Shown here piece after piece: positions 10,896 through 24,809 of a DNA stretch of 64,000 nucleotides. The stretch's first letter is position 1. Every line of letters starts with the position of its first letter. The notes beneath the pieces were generated by a model. The model saw only the letters and a program-made list of their open reading frames with translations. It did not search any database and had not been told where the DNA came from. The position numbers and the translations under genes are program-made. This stretch comes from Mobula hypostoma. Lineage: Eukaryota. Location of the stretch: the NCBI RefSeq assembly GCF_963921235.1, contig NC_086097.1, positions 172,670,001 through 172,734,000 of the forward strand, in the 5' to 3' direction.

Positions 10896-13661
10896 CATTT
10901 TAAATTTGTAGAATGCGAAATAAAGACTAGAATAAACACAAGGCAGAATTCAAAATAATACACATGAAGTTTTGAAAATAATATATTTCATCTTGTAAAG
11001 ATCAGAGTAAATGTATTATCAAAGAACATATACATCACCATACACAACCCTGAGATTCATTTTCTTGCAGGCATACTCAATGAATCCAAAATATATTAAT
11101 AGATTCAATGAAAGACTGAACCAACATGGGTGTTTAACCAGTATACAAAAAGCAACAAACTGTGAAAATACAAAAAGAAAGACATCATAATAAATAAATA
11201 AATAAACAAACAAACAAACAAACAAGCAAGCAAGCAATGAATATTGAGAACATGAGATGAAGCATCCTTGAAAGTGAGTCCATAGGTTGAGGAAACATTT
11301 CGATAATGGGGCAATTTAAGTTGAGTGAAGTTATCTCCTCTGGTTCAAGAGCCTAATGACTGAAGGGTAATAACTGTTCCTGAAGCTGGTGGTATGAGTC
11401 TTGAGGCTCCTGTACCCTATTCCTGATGACAGCAGCAAGAAGAGAGCATGCCCTGGGAGGTGGTGCTTTCCTGTGACAATGCTTCATGTAGATGTATTGA
11501 GTGGTGGGGAGAGCTTTATCCGAGATGGACTGAACCATATCCATTAATCTTTGTAGGATTTTCCATTCAAGGGCATTGGTGTTTTCATACCAGGCTGTGA
11601 AGCAGCCAGGCAATGAACTTTCCACCACACATCTATAGAAGTTTGTCAAAGTTTTAGTTGTCATGCTAAATCTTAGCAAACTGCAAAGTGTTAGAGGCAC
11701 TGCTGTGATTTCTTCATAATTGCACTTATGTGCTGGGCCCAGGACTGCTTCTCTGAAATAAATACACCAAGGAATTTAAATTTGCTGACCCTCTCCACCT
11801 CTGATCCTCCACAGACTGGCTCATGGACCTATGGTTTCCTCCTCCTGAAGTCAATTGGTCTTGGTCTTTCCTACATTGAGTAAGAGGTTTTGTTGTGGCG
11901 CCTCTCAGTCAGATTTTCAACCTCTCTCCAATATGCTGATTCATCACCACCTTTGTCTCAGCCTGCAAGAGTGCTGTCATCAGCAACCTTGAATATGTGC
12001 TTAGCCACACGGTCGTTAGTGTAAGGCAAGTAGAGCAGAGGGCTAAGCACACAGACTTGTGGTATGCCTGTGCTGATGGAGATTGTAGAGGTGATGTTGT
12101 TGCCAAGCTGAACTGACTGGGGTCTACACGTAAGGAAATCCAAGATCCAATTGCACAAGGAGGTATTGAGGCTAGGTTCTTGAAGTTTATTGATTACTTT
12201 TGAGTGGATAATGGTTTTGAATGCCGAGTTGCAGTTGAAAAAGAGTATCTTGACGTGTGCATCGTTGCACATTTCATTACTGCAGGATGAATGTCATTGA
12301 AGCTGCTTACCATGTTCTTCTTAGGCACCAGTAAAAGTGAAGTCTGCTTGAAGCAGGTGGGTATCTCAGACTGCTGATGTGAGAGACTAAAGATCTCAGT
12401 AAACACCCCAGCCAGTTGATCGTGACAGGTCTTTAGTACTTGACCAGGTACCCCGTCTGGGCTCGATGCTTTTTAGCCTCAGAGACTGAAATCACAGGAT
12501 TATCGTGAGCTGTGGGATGGTTCTCCATCTTTGGCCAGTCAAAGCAAGCATAGAAGGCATTGATCGCATCTGGAAGCAAAGCCCTGTTTTTGTCTATGTT
12601 GCTTGATTTTACTTTATAAGAGATGACAGTACTCGAACTGTCAAGCATCCTTCATTGATTTAAGTTTAGTCCCTAATTATCATCGCCTGTGAGATGCCAT
12701 TCCAGAGTCGTACCTGAACCTCTTGTAACTTCCTTGATCATGGGACTTGAATGCCTCTGACCTGTCTCCTAGCAGACTGTGGATCTTATGGTTCTTCCAG
12801 GGCTTCTGGTTTGGGAAGACTCTGAATGATTTTGTGGGGCCACACTCATCTACGACTGTTTTAATAAAATCCTTGACCAATTCTGTGTATTCATTCAGAT
12901 CCACAAATGAGTCCTTGAATACCTCCTGTTCAAAGAAATCTCATAGTGAATCCTCTGCCTCCCGTGACCACCTCTTTGTAATGCTAATCTCTGGAGCTTT
13001 GCTCTTTAGCCTCTGCCTGTATATGGGTAGGAGAAGAATCAGATTTACCGAAATGTGTTCTGGGCATGGAATGGTAGGCATTTCCTTATCTTGGTATAAC
13101 AATGGCACTGTGAGTAGGGACCTTTGGTGCTAGAGGTTATATGCTGATGGTAACTGGGCATGGTTTTTTCAAACAAGCTTAGTTGAAGTTCCCAACTGTG
13201 ATTTCAAAGGCGTCGGAATCAACTGTTTCTTCTCTGGAGATGGCATCATGCAGTATCTCAAGCACTGGATTATATTCGATGCTACTGGTATGTGAACTGC
13301 GGTCAGGATTATGAAGGAGAACTCCCTAAGTAAATAGGATGGACAGCATTTGACCATCAGGTGTTCAAGGACAAGGGAATATGAATTCAACAAAACCACC
13401 ACACTGAAGCACCACAGAGAACTTATCATGATACACACAGCTCCACTTTTTGCCTTTTCCAAATCAGCAGTTCAGTCCATCCTGTGAATCAAGAAATCTT
13501 CGTATCTGATCACCGTAAGTGGCATGCTGGGAGTAAGCTGTGTCTCGATTACACATACAACACAACAATCTCTCATTTCCCTCCAATATAACAATCTGGC
13601 TCTCAAGTCCTCAATTTTTTTCTCCAGTGACTATACATTGCCAATAAAGTCTTATTCCTTG

Positions 13662-14627
13662 CAACCACAACAGGGACAGAGTTCCCCTTGTCCTCACCTA
13701 CCACCCCACCAGCCTCCGGATCCAGCACATTATCCTCCGCAACTTCTGCCACCTTCAACAGGACCCCACCACTAAGCACATCTTTCCCTCTCCACCCCTC
13801 TCCACTTTCCCCAGGGATCGGTCCCTCCTTGACTCCCTTATCCGCACGTCCATCCCCAGTGATCTCCCACCTGGCACTTATCCCTGTAAGCGTAAGTGCT
13901 ACACCTGTCCCTACACCTCATCTCTTGCAACCATTCAGTGCCCCAAACAGTCCTTCAAGGTGAGACAACACTTCACTTGTGAGTCTGTTGGTGTCATCTA
14001 TTGCATCCGGTGCTCCCGGTGCGGCCTCCTCTACATCGGTGAAACCCGATGCAGATTGGGGGACCACTTCGTCGAGCACCTCCACTCCGTCCGCCACAGC
14101 AGACAGGGATTTCCCGGTAGCCACCCACTTCAACTCTGCTTCCCATTCCCATTCAGATATGTCCATACATGGCCTCCTCTACTGCCATGATGAGGCTAAA
14201 CTCAGGTTGGAGGAGCAGCACCTCATATATCGTCTAGGTAGTCTCCAACCCCTTGGTATGAACATAGAATTCTCCAACTTCCGGTAATTTCCTCCCCCTC
14301 CCTTCCTCTAACCCTATTTCACTCTACCCCCTCCCCCAGCTCCCTCATGGTTCCACCTCCTTCTTCTACTACCCATTGTTTTCAGGGCTATGATGTCAAT
14401 GCTTCCCCTCCCCCACCTCTTTGTCTTTCAAATTACTGGTCTTTCAACTGAAGCTACAAGCATCCTTCAAACCCTTCACCATCTTCCATTCTTCAGTCCT
14501 GACGAAGGGTTCCGGCCCGAAACGTCGACTCATTGTTTCTAACTGATGCTGCCCAACCTGCTGAATTCATCCAGCATACTGAAAGTGTTGCTTTGGTCAC
14601 AGCATCTGCAGATTATTTTGTGTGTCG
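13662..14627 (+). mobile_element. 5'-truncated Penelope-like element (GIY-YIG endonuclease, 3' UTR with hammerhead)
   Basis: 'FTCESVGVIYCIRCSRCGLLYIGETRCRLGDHFVEH' and 'PVATHFNS...RLEEQHLIYRLGSLQPLGMNIEFSNF'. A perfect 13-bp TSD GTCTTATTCCTTG lies at 13649-13661 and 14628-14640. Confidence 0.95.
14495..14530 (+). ncRNA. Minimal type I hammerhead ribozyme (Penelope-associated)
   Basis: AGTC-CTGACGA-A-GGG-TTCCGG-CCC-GAAA-C-GTC-GACT. Both conserved core boxes are present, with helix I AGTC/GACT, helix II GGG/CCC, a palindromic ACGT helix III and a GUC cleavage triplet. Confidence 0.85.
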
Positions 14628-15411
14628 GTCTTATTCCTTGGTGTTTCAGCCTGGCTTGGAAGTCCCCACCTCCTACCTCGCTTCTGGCTATGGCAATGAA
14701 CCTTCATCCTCTTAAAGGTGCTGGACCTGTTTGCTTGGGAGTTATGTCCATCAGGTCCTCCAGAAGATCATAAAATCTGCAGTTCATTAAGTTGATTTAA
14801 AAGTACATTGTTTAAAGGGAAACTACATGCTGCAGATTGCAGTGAGAGTAAGTCAAAAGAGGCATATTTGGAAGTTTTGTATGTAGCTCGCAGAATGTCA
14901 CCCTGGTTCACCGATGCCTTCTTGCCACTCACTTGTATGTTAAGAAGTGGAATTGCCTTTTGAAGTTATTCTGAGGAGCAACATGCTATGCAGATTACTT
15001 TCTAGGGACAGCAAAGTTGTGAAGTGATAATTATGTTCACCTAAGAGTGTAAGCCTTATAACATTTACTTTTTGACTCAAGTGATTGAGTCACAGATTCA
15101 TTCAAGCCCTTTAGACCACCTCTTCCATGCTGGCTATTAAGTACCTTCTATTTACCAATACTTAGTACATCGCCTACTATTCCTTGGCAATTATAGAGCT
15201 CTTCAAGGTATTTTGTAAATGTTATCTCTGATGTTGTCTCTGGCTTCACCAGTTGGTGTGTTCCAAATTGCAACCTCTTGGTGAAAAATTTCTTCCTCAG
15301 AGCCTCTCAAACATTTTTTTCTCACCTAAAACTCATGCCCTGTTGATTTGTGACAGTTGAGGTTTCCAAGAATGTAGCTGAGACTTAAAGGACTTAAGTT
15401 AAGGACTTACG

Positions 15412-16935
15412 GTCCAGATGGCATCAGCAAGCATCGATTCCTCAGACAGCATCTTCCAGATAGCAAATGTCTCCAATTATTTCACTCTTTTTGCCTTCTG
15501 CTTGTTCTTTTTGTCTTGTTTGTGCTCCAGAAATTGTTGAACTTGTGACTTATAGTTTGGAACTCGACTGAAGGATCCAGTGCTGTGCTGTGATCGGAGA
15601 ACTGACTTGTGGAGATTAGAGATGAGGGGCAAAAAAGGACCAAGGACACAAACTGACTCATGGAAAAGACCAGAGACGAGGCACAGGGTCATGAATGACT
15701 CCTTCTCAATGCGGCAAGGAAGATTGAAGCATTGAGTTGAATGCGAAGGCAATCAGCGATGACTCCCAATGGAGATGGTCAACAGCTGGATCAGTGCATT
15801 TGGCCCCAGATCGGCAGTATTTGGACCCAGATCAGTGGTAACTCTTTATGGAAGACTGAATTCATACAACTGCTCTCCTCGTATTCAGACAAGAAGATGT
15901 CTCCGTTATTCTGAGATCTATGTGATTATTGGACCATACTTTATATTGGTTTCCTTCATGTTTTTGGTGTTTTCTTTCTTGAGGATGATTGGTAGGTGGG
16001 TGATAAGTTAATTTTTTATATGTGGGGAGAGGTTGGGGTTTGGTACCACTGTCGCTGTTCTTTTCTGCGACTGAGAGGGTCAGGGATTGTTATGTGTAAG
16101 AGGTTGGTGATTGTTATTGTGGCTGTTTTTCTTGTGGGATTTTTGGGTCAGCAAGTTTTGTTTCTTTTCTTTTTTATGCCAGGGAGGAAGTTGATGTCTT
16201 TACTTATATCAATACCCATGATCTTTCTCTATTTAATGACTATCTGGTGTAGACAATGTTCTTAAGGTTGTTTTGGTTTTCAAGGTTGTTATAGCTGGGA
16301 GTGGTAGCGGGGACAAGCTCCCACTACCTATTAAATGCTCCCAATGGTGTGTGCCTCAAATAGCCTATAACAACCGTCCAGCTCCCGGCCTTCACGAGTG
16401 GCCTAGTGACGAAGCCTGATAGAACGATTTCTACTGACAGGAGAAGGGGCAAGGGGGGGGAGTGGTGGGGGCTTACTGGTGCCTTAAAACAAGTCGCTTC
16501 GGGCAGATGGAGCTCATCAGCCATGGTTGATAGCTCATTTAGGAGAAGGAAAACTCAGATCTCAAACCTCCACTGCCTTGTGGCTATACCCACTCACGGG
16601 GAAGGCTTCAGAAGTAAACCCCGAGGGAAAAATCTGGAGCTGGAATCCCTATGGCAGTCCTACATTGAGTTCAATGCTGACCTGTAACTCCTGCGACGCT
16701 GCTGGTACCAAACTGTGTCGGTCTTTGCCGTTCCATTGGGTTCATCAGTTGCATGGAGAGGGGCATCTAGCTACATGGGCAACAGCTGGCTCTCCATATC
16801 ATACAGCCCAGGCTTGAGTATCTAGACAGCTAGGTCTCAACATCCATGGCCAACTCCGACTCAGACAGAAGCAGACAAATATCAAACTTCTATTCTCCAT
16901 GCATACTTTGACAACAAAATGAACCTTTAAACCTT
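15412..16935 (+). mobile_element. Non-autonomous LINE-derived retroposon (host of the 16257-16872 insertion)
   Basis: Starts near AGATGGC and ends ...TTTGACAACAAAATGAACCTTTAAACCTTT, a short tandem tail similar to other LINE tails in the window. Confidence 0.45.
16257..16872 (+). mobile_element. RTE-derived non-autonomous retroposon
   Basis: Contains TAGGAGAAGGAAAACTCAGATCTCAAACCTCC, resembling RTE 5' UTRs. A 6-bp TSD AGACAA lies at 16251-16256 and 16873-16878. Confidence 0.6.
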
Positions 16936-17899
16936 TCAGGACAGAGGCTGCAACTTTATTTATTCAAGGGGCAATCCTATAGAGTTCATGAGGGGAATAG
17001 GTAAGGTGAATATATTCGGTCTTTTTCCCAGGGTTAAGGAATCAAGAGCTAGTAGGCATAGGTGTAGGGTGAGAGGGGAGAGATTTAATATGAATCTGAG
17101 GGTCAAATTTTCACCCAGAGAGTGACCTGTATATAGAATGAGCTGCCAGATGAAGTGGTTGATGCAAGTATATTAACATTATATAAAAGACATTTGGACA
17201 AGTACTTGGATAGGAAAGGTTTAGGGACAGACGAAGAGCAAAGGGCTCTCACTTACATGGATGCCTAGGTCGGTATAGACCAGTTATGCGGAGGGCTGTC
17301 TGAGACTCTCTGACTCAATTATTTCTCATTTTGGAGGACTGTGTCTAGTGGAGTCTCCCGCATTGCCCTGGGATTGCTTCTTTCCCTTATATACAGGTAA
17401 ATTGTTTTATTATTTTCACTTGCATCATGGTACAGTGAAAATCTTATCTTACATAATGTTCATTCAAATCAATTCATTACAACAGTACATTGAGGTAGTA
17501 CAGGGAAAAGAATAACAGAATGCAGAATAAGGTGTTACTGTTACAGAGAAAGTGCAGTGTAGTCAGACAATAAATTGCAAGACCATAACAAGATAGGTTG
17601 TGAAGTCAAGGCTCCATTTTATCATGTTAGGAACCATTCAATATTCTCATAACAGCAGTTTAGAAGCTGTCCTTGAGCCTGGTGGTATGTGGTTTCTGGC
17701 TTTTGCATCTTCCTCCCGATGGGACCGGAGCAAAGAGAATGTCTGGGGTGGGTGGGGGAATTGATTTTGCTGGTTGTATTACCAAGGCAGTCAAAAATAT
17801 AGCCAGAGTGCATGGAGGGGAGGGGGGGCACTATTTCCAAAGTTATACAATACAAGACGCAGAGGCAGGTTGAGCTATGACCTGGATAATGTAGGTTAC

Positions 17900-18770
17900 A
17901 AAGTTCAAAGTAAATTTTATTAACAGAGTACAAATACACCACCATATACAACTCTGGGATTCATTTACCTGTGAGCAAGCTCAGCAAATCTGCGGAACAG
18001 TACCTATGACAGGATCAATGAAAGATCATGCAGAGTGTGCAAATGCAAATATAAATAAATATCAATAAATAACAAGAACATGAAATAACAAGATAAAGAG
18101 TCTTTAATATGAGATCATTGGTTGTGGGAACATCTCAGTTGATGTGGTATGAGAGTGTAATTATCCCCTTCTGTGGAGCCTGATGGTTGAGGGGTAGTTA
18201 CTGTTCTTGAACCTGGTTGTGCGAGTCCTGAGACTCTTGTACCTTCTACCTGATGGCAGCAGCGAGAAAAGAGCATGGCCAGTGTGGTGAGGATCTCTGA
18301 TGATGGATGCTGCGCTCCTACGATAGTGTTTCACGTAGATCTGCTCAATGGTTGGGAGGGCTTTACCTGTGATGTTTAGGGCTGAATCCACTAACTTTTG
18401 TAGGATTTTCCATTCAGAGCATTGGTGTTTCCATTCCAGGTTGTGATCCAGTCAGTCAATATATTCTCCACTACACATCTATAGAAGTTTGTCAAAGTTT
18501 TTGATGCCATGTTGAATCTCCGCAGACTCTTAAGGAGGTAGAGGCATTGTTGTGCTTTCTTCGCAATTGCATTTACATTCTGGGTCCAGGACAGGTCCTC
18601 TGAAATAGTAACACACAGGAATTTAAAGTTGCTGACCCTCTCCATCTCTAATCCTCCGATGAGGACTGGCTTTACAAATCACTGGTTTCCCTCTCCTGAA
18701 GTCTACAATCAGTTCCTTGATCTTGCTGACATTGAGTGAGAGGTTGTTATTTTGAAACCTCTTAGCTGGG
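17900..18770 (-). mobile_element. Rex-Babar LINE 3' portion
   Basis: ORF 18391..18645 'MERVSNFKFLCVTISEDLSW...LTNFYRCVVENIL' and ORF 18161..18391 'SIIRDPHHTGHALFSLLPSGRRYKSLRTRTTRFKNS'. Confidence 0.9.
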
Positions 18771-21700
18771 GAAGGAATGGATTGGTGGCAGATAAACTTT
18801 AATGCTTAGAGAGTTTAAAAGTTACACTTAGAAAGTTACAGTTAGAAAGATAAAAATGGGCAACAGAAACCAATGGGTGCTATTCATAAAGCAACATTGG
18901 AATAGAGATAGATGAGAATATATATATATACTGTATATTGTTCATTGACAGTTGACAGCAAGCTGAGAAAGAGATTAGAAAATCAAATGGGTTCCTGGAT
19001 GATATAAATAGGGACTCAGAGTTGAAGGGTGAGAAATTATTGGTGAACATTTATTAAACATTGGTTTAACCACAGATGGTGTCATGGAGTTATACAGCAG
19101 AGAAACCCAACTGGTCCATGTTGACCCAGATTCCCATCAAAGCTATGCACACGAGAGATTTCTTTAGATGTTGTAAATCTTCAGCAACAGATACAAAATG
19201 CTGGAGGAACTCATCAAGTCCAGAAGCATCTATGGAGGGGAATAAATAGTTGACATTTCAAGCCAACATCCTTCGTCATATATTTTGCGTATGTCTCCAT
19301 CTAAGCTAGTCCGAACTACAGATCTAGGAGAGGTAGAATGAAAGCTGTTTTTAAAAGAACCATAACTAACATGAAGCAAAACTATTTTACACAGTGAGTA
19401 GTAGGACCTGGATACTTTGCCTGAGGTAGTAGCGAAAGCACATTCAAAAGTAACCTTCAAAGGGGGATGAGATAACTACTAATGACATGTCGCTACCAAA
19501 AACATGGACTGTTCATTCCCCTCCATAGCTGTGGCCTGATCTTCCAGCATATTCTTGCTGCATGATGCTCTAGATAATTATCTGACAAGATAGATGTCTC
19601 AGGAATAAGCAAGGAGAGAAGGGAAGAGGGAATGGCAGGGTTTTTTCCTACAGAAGATAGAACAGTACTGTACAGGAACAGACCATTCAGCCCACAATGT
19701 CAGTGCTGAGCATGACACCAATTTAAACTAATCCCATATGCTTTATCCTGAGCTGATGTAAAATTAATGGGCCAAATGACCTCTTTCCATAATGTAATCA
19801 TTCCTTGAGTCACTCCACAGTCTGTAATCAGCAGTGATGCAGTCATGCTGAAATTTGCTTTTATGTTATTAGGCTTGTTTATTTCAAACTCTTTGTTGAT
19901 GATTCGATTTGGCAGCTCTGTTTGTGAATGTCACATTTTACATACTTCCTGACAAAAAAAAAAGGTGAAGCAAGATGAATCTGGTTTTCTTTCTGTCTAC
20001 AATGCTAATCAACACAGGAACAGTTGGATTACAAATCAGGATTTACAGACCATGTAAAATAAATAAAATAAATTCACATTCATGCTTGTAAATTTGAAGA
20101 CAGACTGAGCAAAGTATTTTTGTGTAATTCTCAGAAAAAAATATTCATATACACCCCCACTGCAGTGCACACAAATGTTTCATTGCAGGTACAAATTCAC
20201 TTTGATGGTATTAAGATCTTAGAGCAGAAAAGCCAGCACATTCCAGTCTTTCTTTGTGGGTGAAGATGGGTGGTCCCCACCACTCAAGTGACCCACATTT
20301 AAACCTATGCTTACTTCAATCAGCAGACATTAATCATTTATCATTTGCATCAACATCAAGTAGAGTCATTGATTTATACAGAATGGAACAGGCCCTTCAG
20401 TCTATCTCATCCATGCCGACCAAGATTAGTGATTCCCTTCTCTAAAAAGAATGCACCAGAGTATGGTGATTCATTGTAAGCCTGCTTGGCTTTTCTCTGG
20501 GTGCTCCAGTTTCCTCCCACAGACCAAAGGCATACCAGCTGGTAGGTTAATTGGTCATTGTCCAAGGGTTAAGATCAATATGGCATTAATAAACCAATTT
20601 ACAAATTTACCATTTTCTATTTCCCACATTAGGCCCATATTCCCATAAACCTTTCCTATCCATATGATGATAGTTTTAAGGTTCCTTATTCACCAAGCAA
20701 TTTAAATGTTTTTCTGTCACGCCTTTAGTACGGTGACGTCTCAGCACAACAATCAACAATCAACGTTTGACACCAATGTTTAAACTGCTGATAAAACAAC
20801 ATGAGCTTGAAGGAGGAGAGAGAAGTCAAGAAGTGGAGAGGAGTTAGGAGGTAATCCTGCAGGCACAGATTTATAGGTTCACACAGCACGAGAGCAGGAA
20901 ATTTGGCCAGTCCCACTCAAAGCAACCATCAAGTAGCCAAGCACACTGATCCCATTTCCTGCACTTGGGCCATAAATGGGAAGATTCAAACATGGGTTGT
21001 CCAAGAGGCTAAACAAAAGGAGTACAGAGGTCCCAGAGGACTGAGGGAGTCACAGAGGGAGGGAATGGGAAGCCATGACACAGTTTGAAAATAATCCAGG
21101 CAGCAACCTGGTAAACCTCTTCTGCAGCCTCTCCAGTGCTTCTACATCCTTTGAAAAGTGAGGCAATCAGAAATGAATGCAATACTCCACATGCAACCTA
21201 ACCAGAGTTTTATAACTCTGCTACATAACATACTGTGTCTTGAACTTAGAGCGTCAATTAATAAAGACAAGAATACCATATGCCAAAATGAATTAATTCA
21301 CCCTTGTTTTCTTCTTTAAAATGCAATAGTGAAATGTTTGAAAGGCTTTTACACAGGCCTAGCTCCTCAATGCCCTATGGCGTAGAATTCTATCTTGTGG
21401 TCCTTCTCCACAGAGCCTCTGTATTAGCTGTACCAAGCTGTAACATGTTTCTCAGAACGCATTACAGCTTGGTACATCAGGCTCTTGACCCAAAGGGGAT
21501 AACTTCATTCAACTTCACATGTCCCACAACCCATGGGCTCGCTTTCAAGGACTCTTCATCTCAGTATGTCCTTAATATTTATTGCTTATTTATTTATTAT
21601 TATAATTATTTCTTCTTTCTTTTTAAACTTGCGCAGTTTGTTGCCTTTTACACACTAGTCCAGCCAGTTGGTGTGGTCTTTCATTGATCCTATTATGGTT

Positions 21701-22024
21701 ATTGGAGTTATTGTGTATGCCCACATGAAAATGAATTACAGGGTTGTATATGGTGACTTATATGTACTTTAATAATAAATTCCCTTTGAATATACTCCTG
21801 CATCTTGGAAGGTACCAGTCAAAAGCATTCAGATGGGTCTCCTTAAACCCTAATCACTACAGTTTAGGAACACTCTGATCACTTCAATCACTGTGCACTA
21901 AAAAGGTCCTTTTTTTGTTCTAATTACATTCTTTATTTGCAAAATTGTGTTTAACTTATACTTAGCTTTTGTTTTACTTGTGAATACTGTGTATATGATG
22001 CCATGTGCCCATGTCTGTGGCACC

Positions 22025-22515
22025 CCGGTGAGTGTACTTCATTAGGATTTTGAAAGGATTTGGTATGTCACCAAAAAGCTCTCGCAGATTTCTGCAGATT
22101 TACTGCGGAGAGCATTCTAACTGGTTGCATCACTGTCTAGTATGGAGGTTCCAGTGCACAGGATTGCGAGAGGCTTCAAAAGGTTACAGACTCAGCCAGA
22201 CCCATCAAGGGCAAAGAAAGTGGCATCCACCACTGAGGACAGTCACCATCCAGGACAAGCCCTCTTCTTAGTGCTATGATCGGGAAGGAAGTACAAGAGC
22301 CTGAAAAACTATACTCAATGCTTTAGGAACAGTTTCTTTCCCTCTGCCATCAAATTTGTGAACTTCATGAATACTACCTCGCAATTTTTCTTTTGCAGTA
22401 TTTATTTATTTATTTTAATTTACAGTAATCTGTTATGCATGCACTGTACTGATGCTACAAGATAACAAATCTCATGACTCATGTCAGCGACAATAATTCT
22501 GGTTCTGATTCTAAT
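22025..22515 (+). mobile_element. Rex-Babar LINE 3' fragment
   Basis: 'YFIRILKGFGMSPK', followed by the HP..LFS/GRKYKSLK region and an (ATTCTG)-like tail. Confidence 0.75.
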
Positions 22516-22599
22516 GCTGCCGTGAAGACAAGGAGGTTTTTCATCTCACTGTGCATACTTAGACTTGCACAAACGACAGTAAACCTGACCTTAACTTTG

Positions 22600-23200
22600 A
22601 AGCCAACTGTCTTTGAACACACCAACTGCACCATTCACTGAGCTGATGATTTTCCCAACACAGGCAAAGTTTGAGTCCCAGGAAATAGTATTTGAGGGTA
22701 GTCTTCCGTTACACAGCTGCTCAGCATGAATCTTGACAAGGACCATTGCATCTCCTGCCAGATCTCTTGGCAAATGTCCCTTCTCTGAGGAGCTGGATGA
22801 TTACCTCCTCTACACAGCAGTCACCTCATGGGGGAACACAGTGGAAGTGAGGGCTCCACTAATGCAAGAAGGATCTGACAGTGAGGGCCACTATGCAAAG
22901 TCTTGCTGCTTGTTTGTGTGTTCTATTGATAAGTCCAAATCACTTTGACAGTCTTCTCAGGAATCACTCTGTGGGGTCCACACGTCTTTCTCCACAGGGC
23001 TTCCAGAACATTCTATAACAACCACTTTGTGATTGATGTGTGATGTTTTTCTGCAGAAACCTTTCTTCAAAGGACAGGTCATATGTAAAGGTCCAACTGC
23101 ATGTAGAACTGAGCTGCTGAGACCCAGCAATGATCTGTGAGATATGCAAAGCACTAAAAATCTCTGGCAGGCAATTGCCTACAGCTGAACATTGAGGTCA
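22600..23200 (-). mobile_element. Old Tx1-group LINE ORF2 C-terminal remnant
   Basis: Translated across frameshifts: 'SFEERFLQKN...ERRVDP..FPEKTVKVIW...NKQQD...ALTVRSFLH...FAKRSGRxMQWSLSRF...LFPGT...WKIISSV', similar to the Tx1 zinc-finger region. Confidence 0.6.
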
Positions 23201-23924
23201 TTTAATTCCCTGCCAACACCACGGGTGCTAGCACATCGATGCAATCACACGGGAAGCAGCCAGTGTCTTTAATTTCTTAGAACATTCAGTTAGCTTATCA
23301 TCAAACACTCATACAAACTTCTATAGATGTGCTGTTGAAAGTATCCTGACTGTTTGCATCATGGTCTTGTGCAGCAAGTTGAATGCGCAGAAACGTAACA
23401 AGCTAGTCCCAGCTCTTGGCATCCAATGTTATTTGTGATATGGAAATGTAAATCCTTAACTTTTTCATGCATTTAGACATACTGTCATTAACACAGACAT
23501 AGAACAGTACAGCGCATGACTGACCCTTTGGTCCATGATGTTGTGCAGACTTCTCAACCGACTCCAAGATCAATCTAACCCTTTCCTCCTACATAACCCT
23601 CTGTTTAACTTTCATTCATGTGCCTATCTAAGAACCTCTTAAATGTCCCAAATGTAACTGTCTCAACCACCACCCCTGACAGCATGTTCTTCACTAGAGG
23701 AATATGGGCCAAACATGGGCAAATGGGACTGTCTTGGATGGGTAATCCAGTCAGCATGAACAAGTTGGACCAAAGGAACAGTTTCTATGCTGAATGACTC
23801 TGTGAATCTATGACTTCAAGAGAAGGTTTAACCCAGGTAGTCTTCTGACTCTGGATGCTGTGACTGCCATCGCATGACCCCATGTTGTTGTCATAGAGCA
23901 ATATTACACATAAACAGGCCCACC

Positions 23925-24329
23925 TGTCACAGTCCCGATCGTTAATTCCCCATCTTTGTCCTAATTTTCTTTGATTGTGCCGTAGTTCCGACCGTTAATT
24001 TCCCATTTGCTTCTAAATCTCTTTGATGACCACACACCTGGTTTCCATCAAGACCTGCAGCATAAGAACCCCGGCATTTCAACCACTAGTCGCCAGATCG
24101 TTGGCTTTGCCTGTGTGGTAATTAATGTTTCCCGGCTGCTTAGGACCGTGTGTTCTAAGTTTTGCTCCAGTTTCAAGGTTTACCTATGAAACTCCGTCTC
24201 TCTGTGTCAAGGCTCCGTGTCCAGATCCCTCCTGTTTGCTGTTCAACGTTCACGTCCGCGTAAGCATCCTAACTCAGTCTTTGTGCCTGTGTCCTGCACT
24301 TGGGTTTGCTTCATTCACTCATTGCAACA
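23925..24329 (+). mobile_element. Solo LTR (405 bp)
   Basis: Termini TGTCACA...TGCAACA. A 5-bp TSD CCACC lies at 23920-23924 and 24330-24334. It interrupts a CR1-type tail. Confidence 0.8.
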
Positions 24330-24809
24330 CCACCGGCCCAACGGGTCCATGCCAATCAACGTGTTCATCTAAGCTAGTCCCATTTATCTATATTATGTAC
24401 AAATGGCAGTGCTCACGTTCACAATGGCCTCTCTGGCTCCAATCAGTGGTGAAATTTCTTCTCCTTTTCATCTTTTCTATGATAAAAAAAATACCTCGGG
24501 CCATGAGGAATACTACAATCTGCAAGTCTACCTTGCTAACGAGCGTGATAATGAATGTATTGTCAGACTACCCTGCTATCATTGAGGTCTCGTCACTCGG
24601 ATAGCGAGCTGTTTACTGTTTATTGATTACCTGAGCTGTGTACTGCATGCACTTTGAATTAAATCTTATTACCTTATTTGTGGTAATATTTTGTTTTATG
24701 TGCAGTCTGTGATACATGTTTTGTAGGTGCACCGTAGTCCAAAGGAACATAGTTTTGTTTGGTTGTACTGCATATATGTACAGTCAGATGACAACAAAAT
24801 TGATCTTGA

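Larger units (their letters stand above)
11005..14770 (-). mobile_element. Long decayed Rex-Babar LINE (EN + RT), interrupted by a Penelope insertion
   Basis: RT '[43 protein letters not shown]' (11958-12272); 'FPNQKPW' (12680-12904); EN 'EHLMVKCCPSYLLREFS' (13169-13462). The 3' UTR carries a TAAA/CAAA/CAAG microsatellite. Confidence 0.9.
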
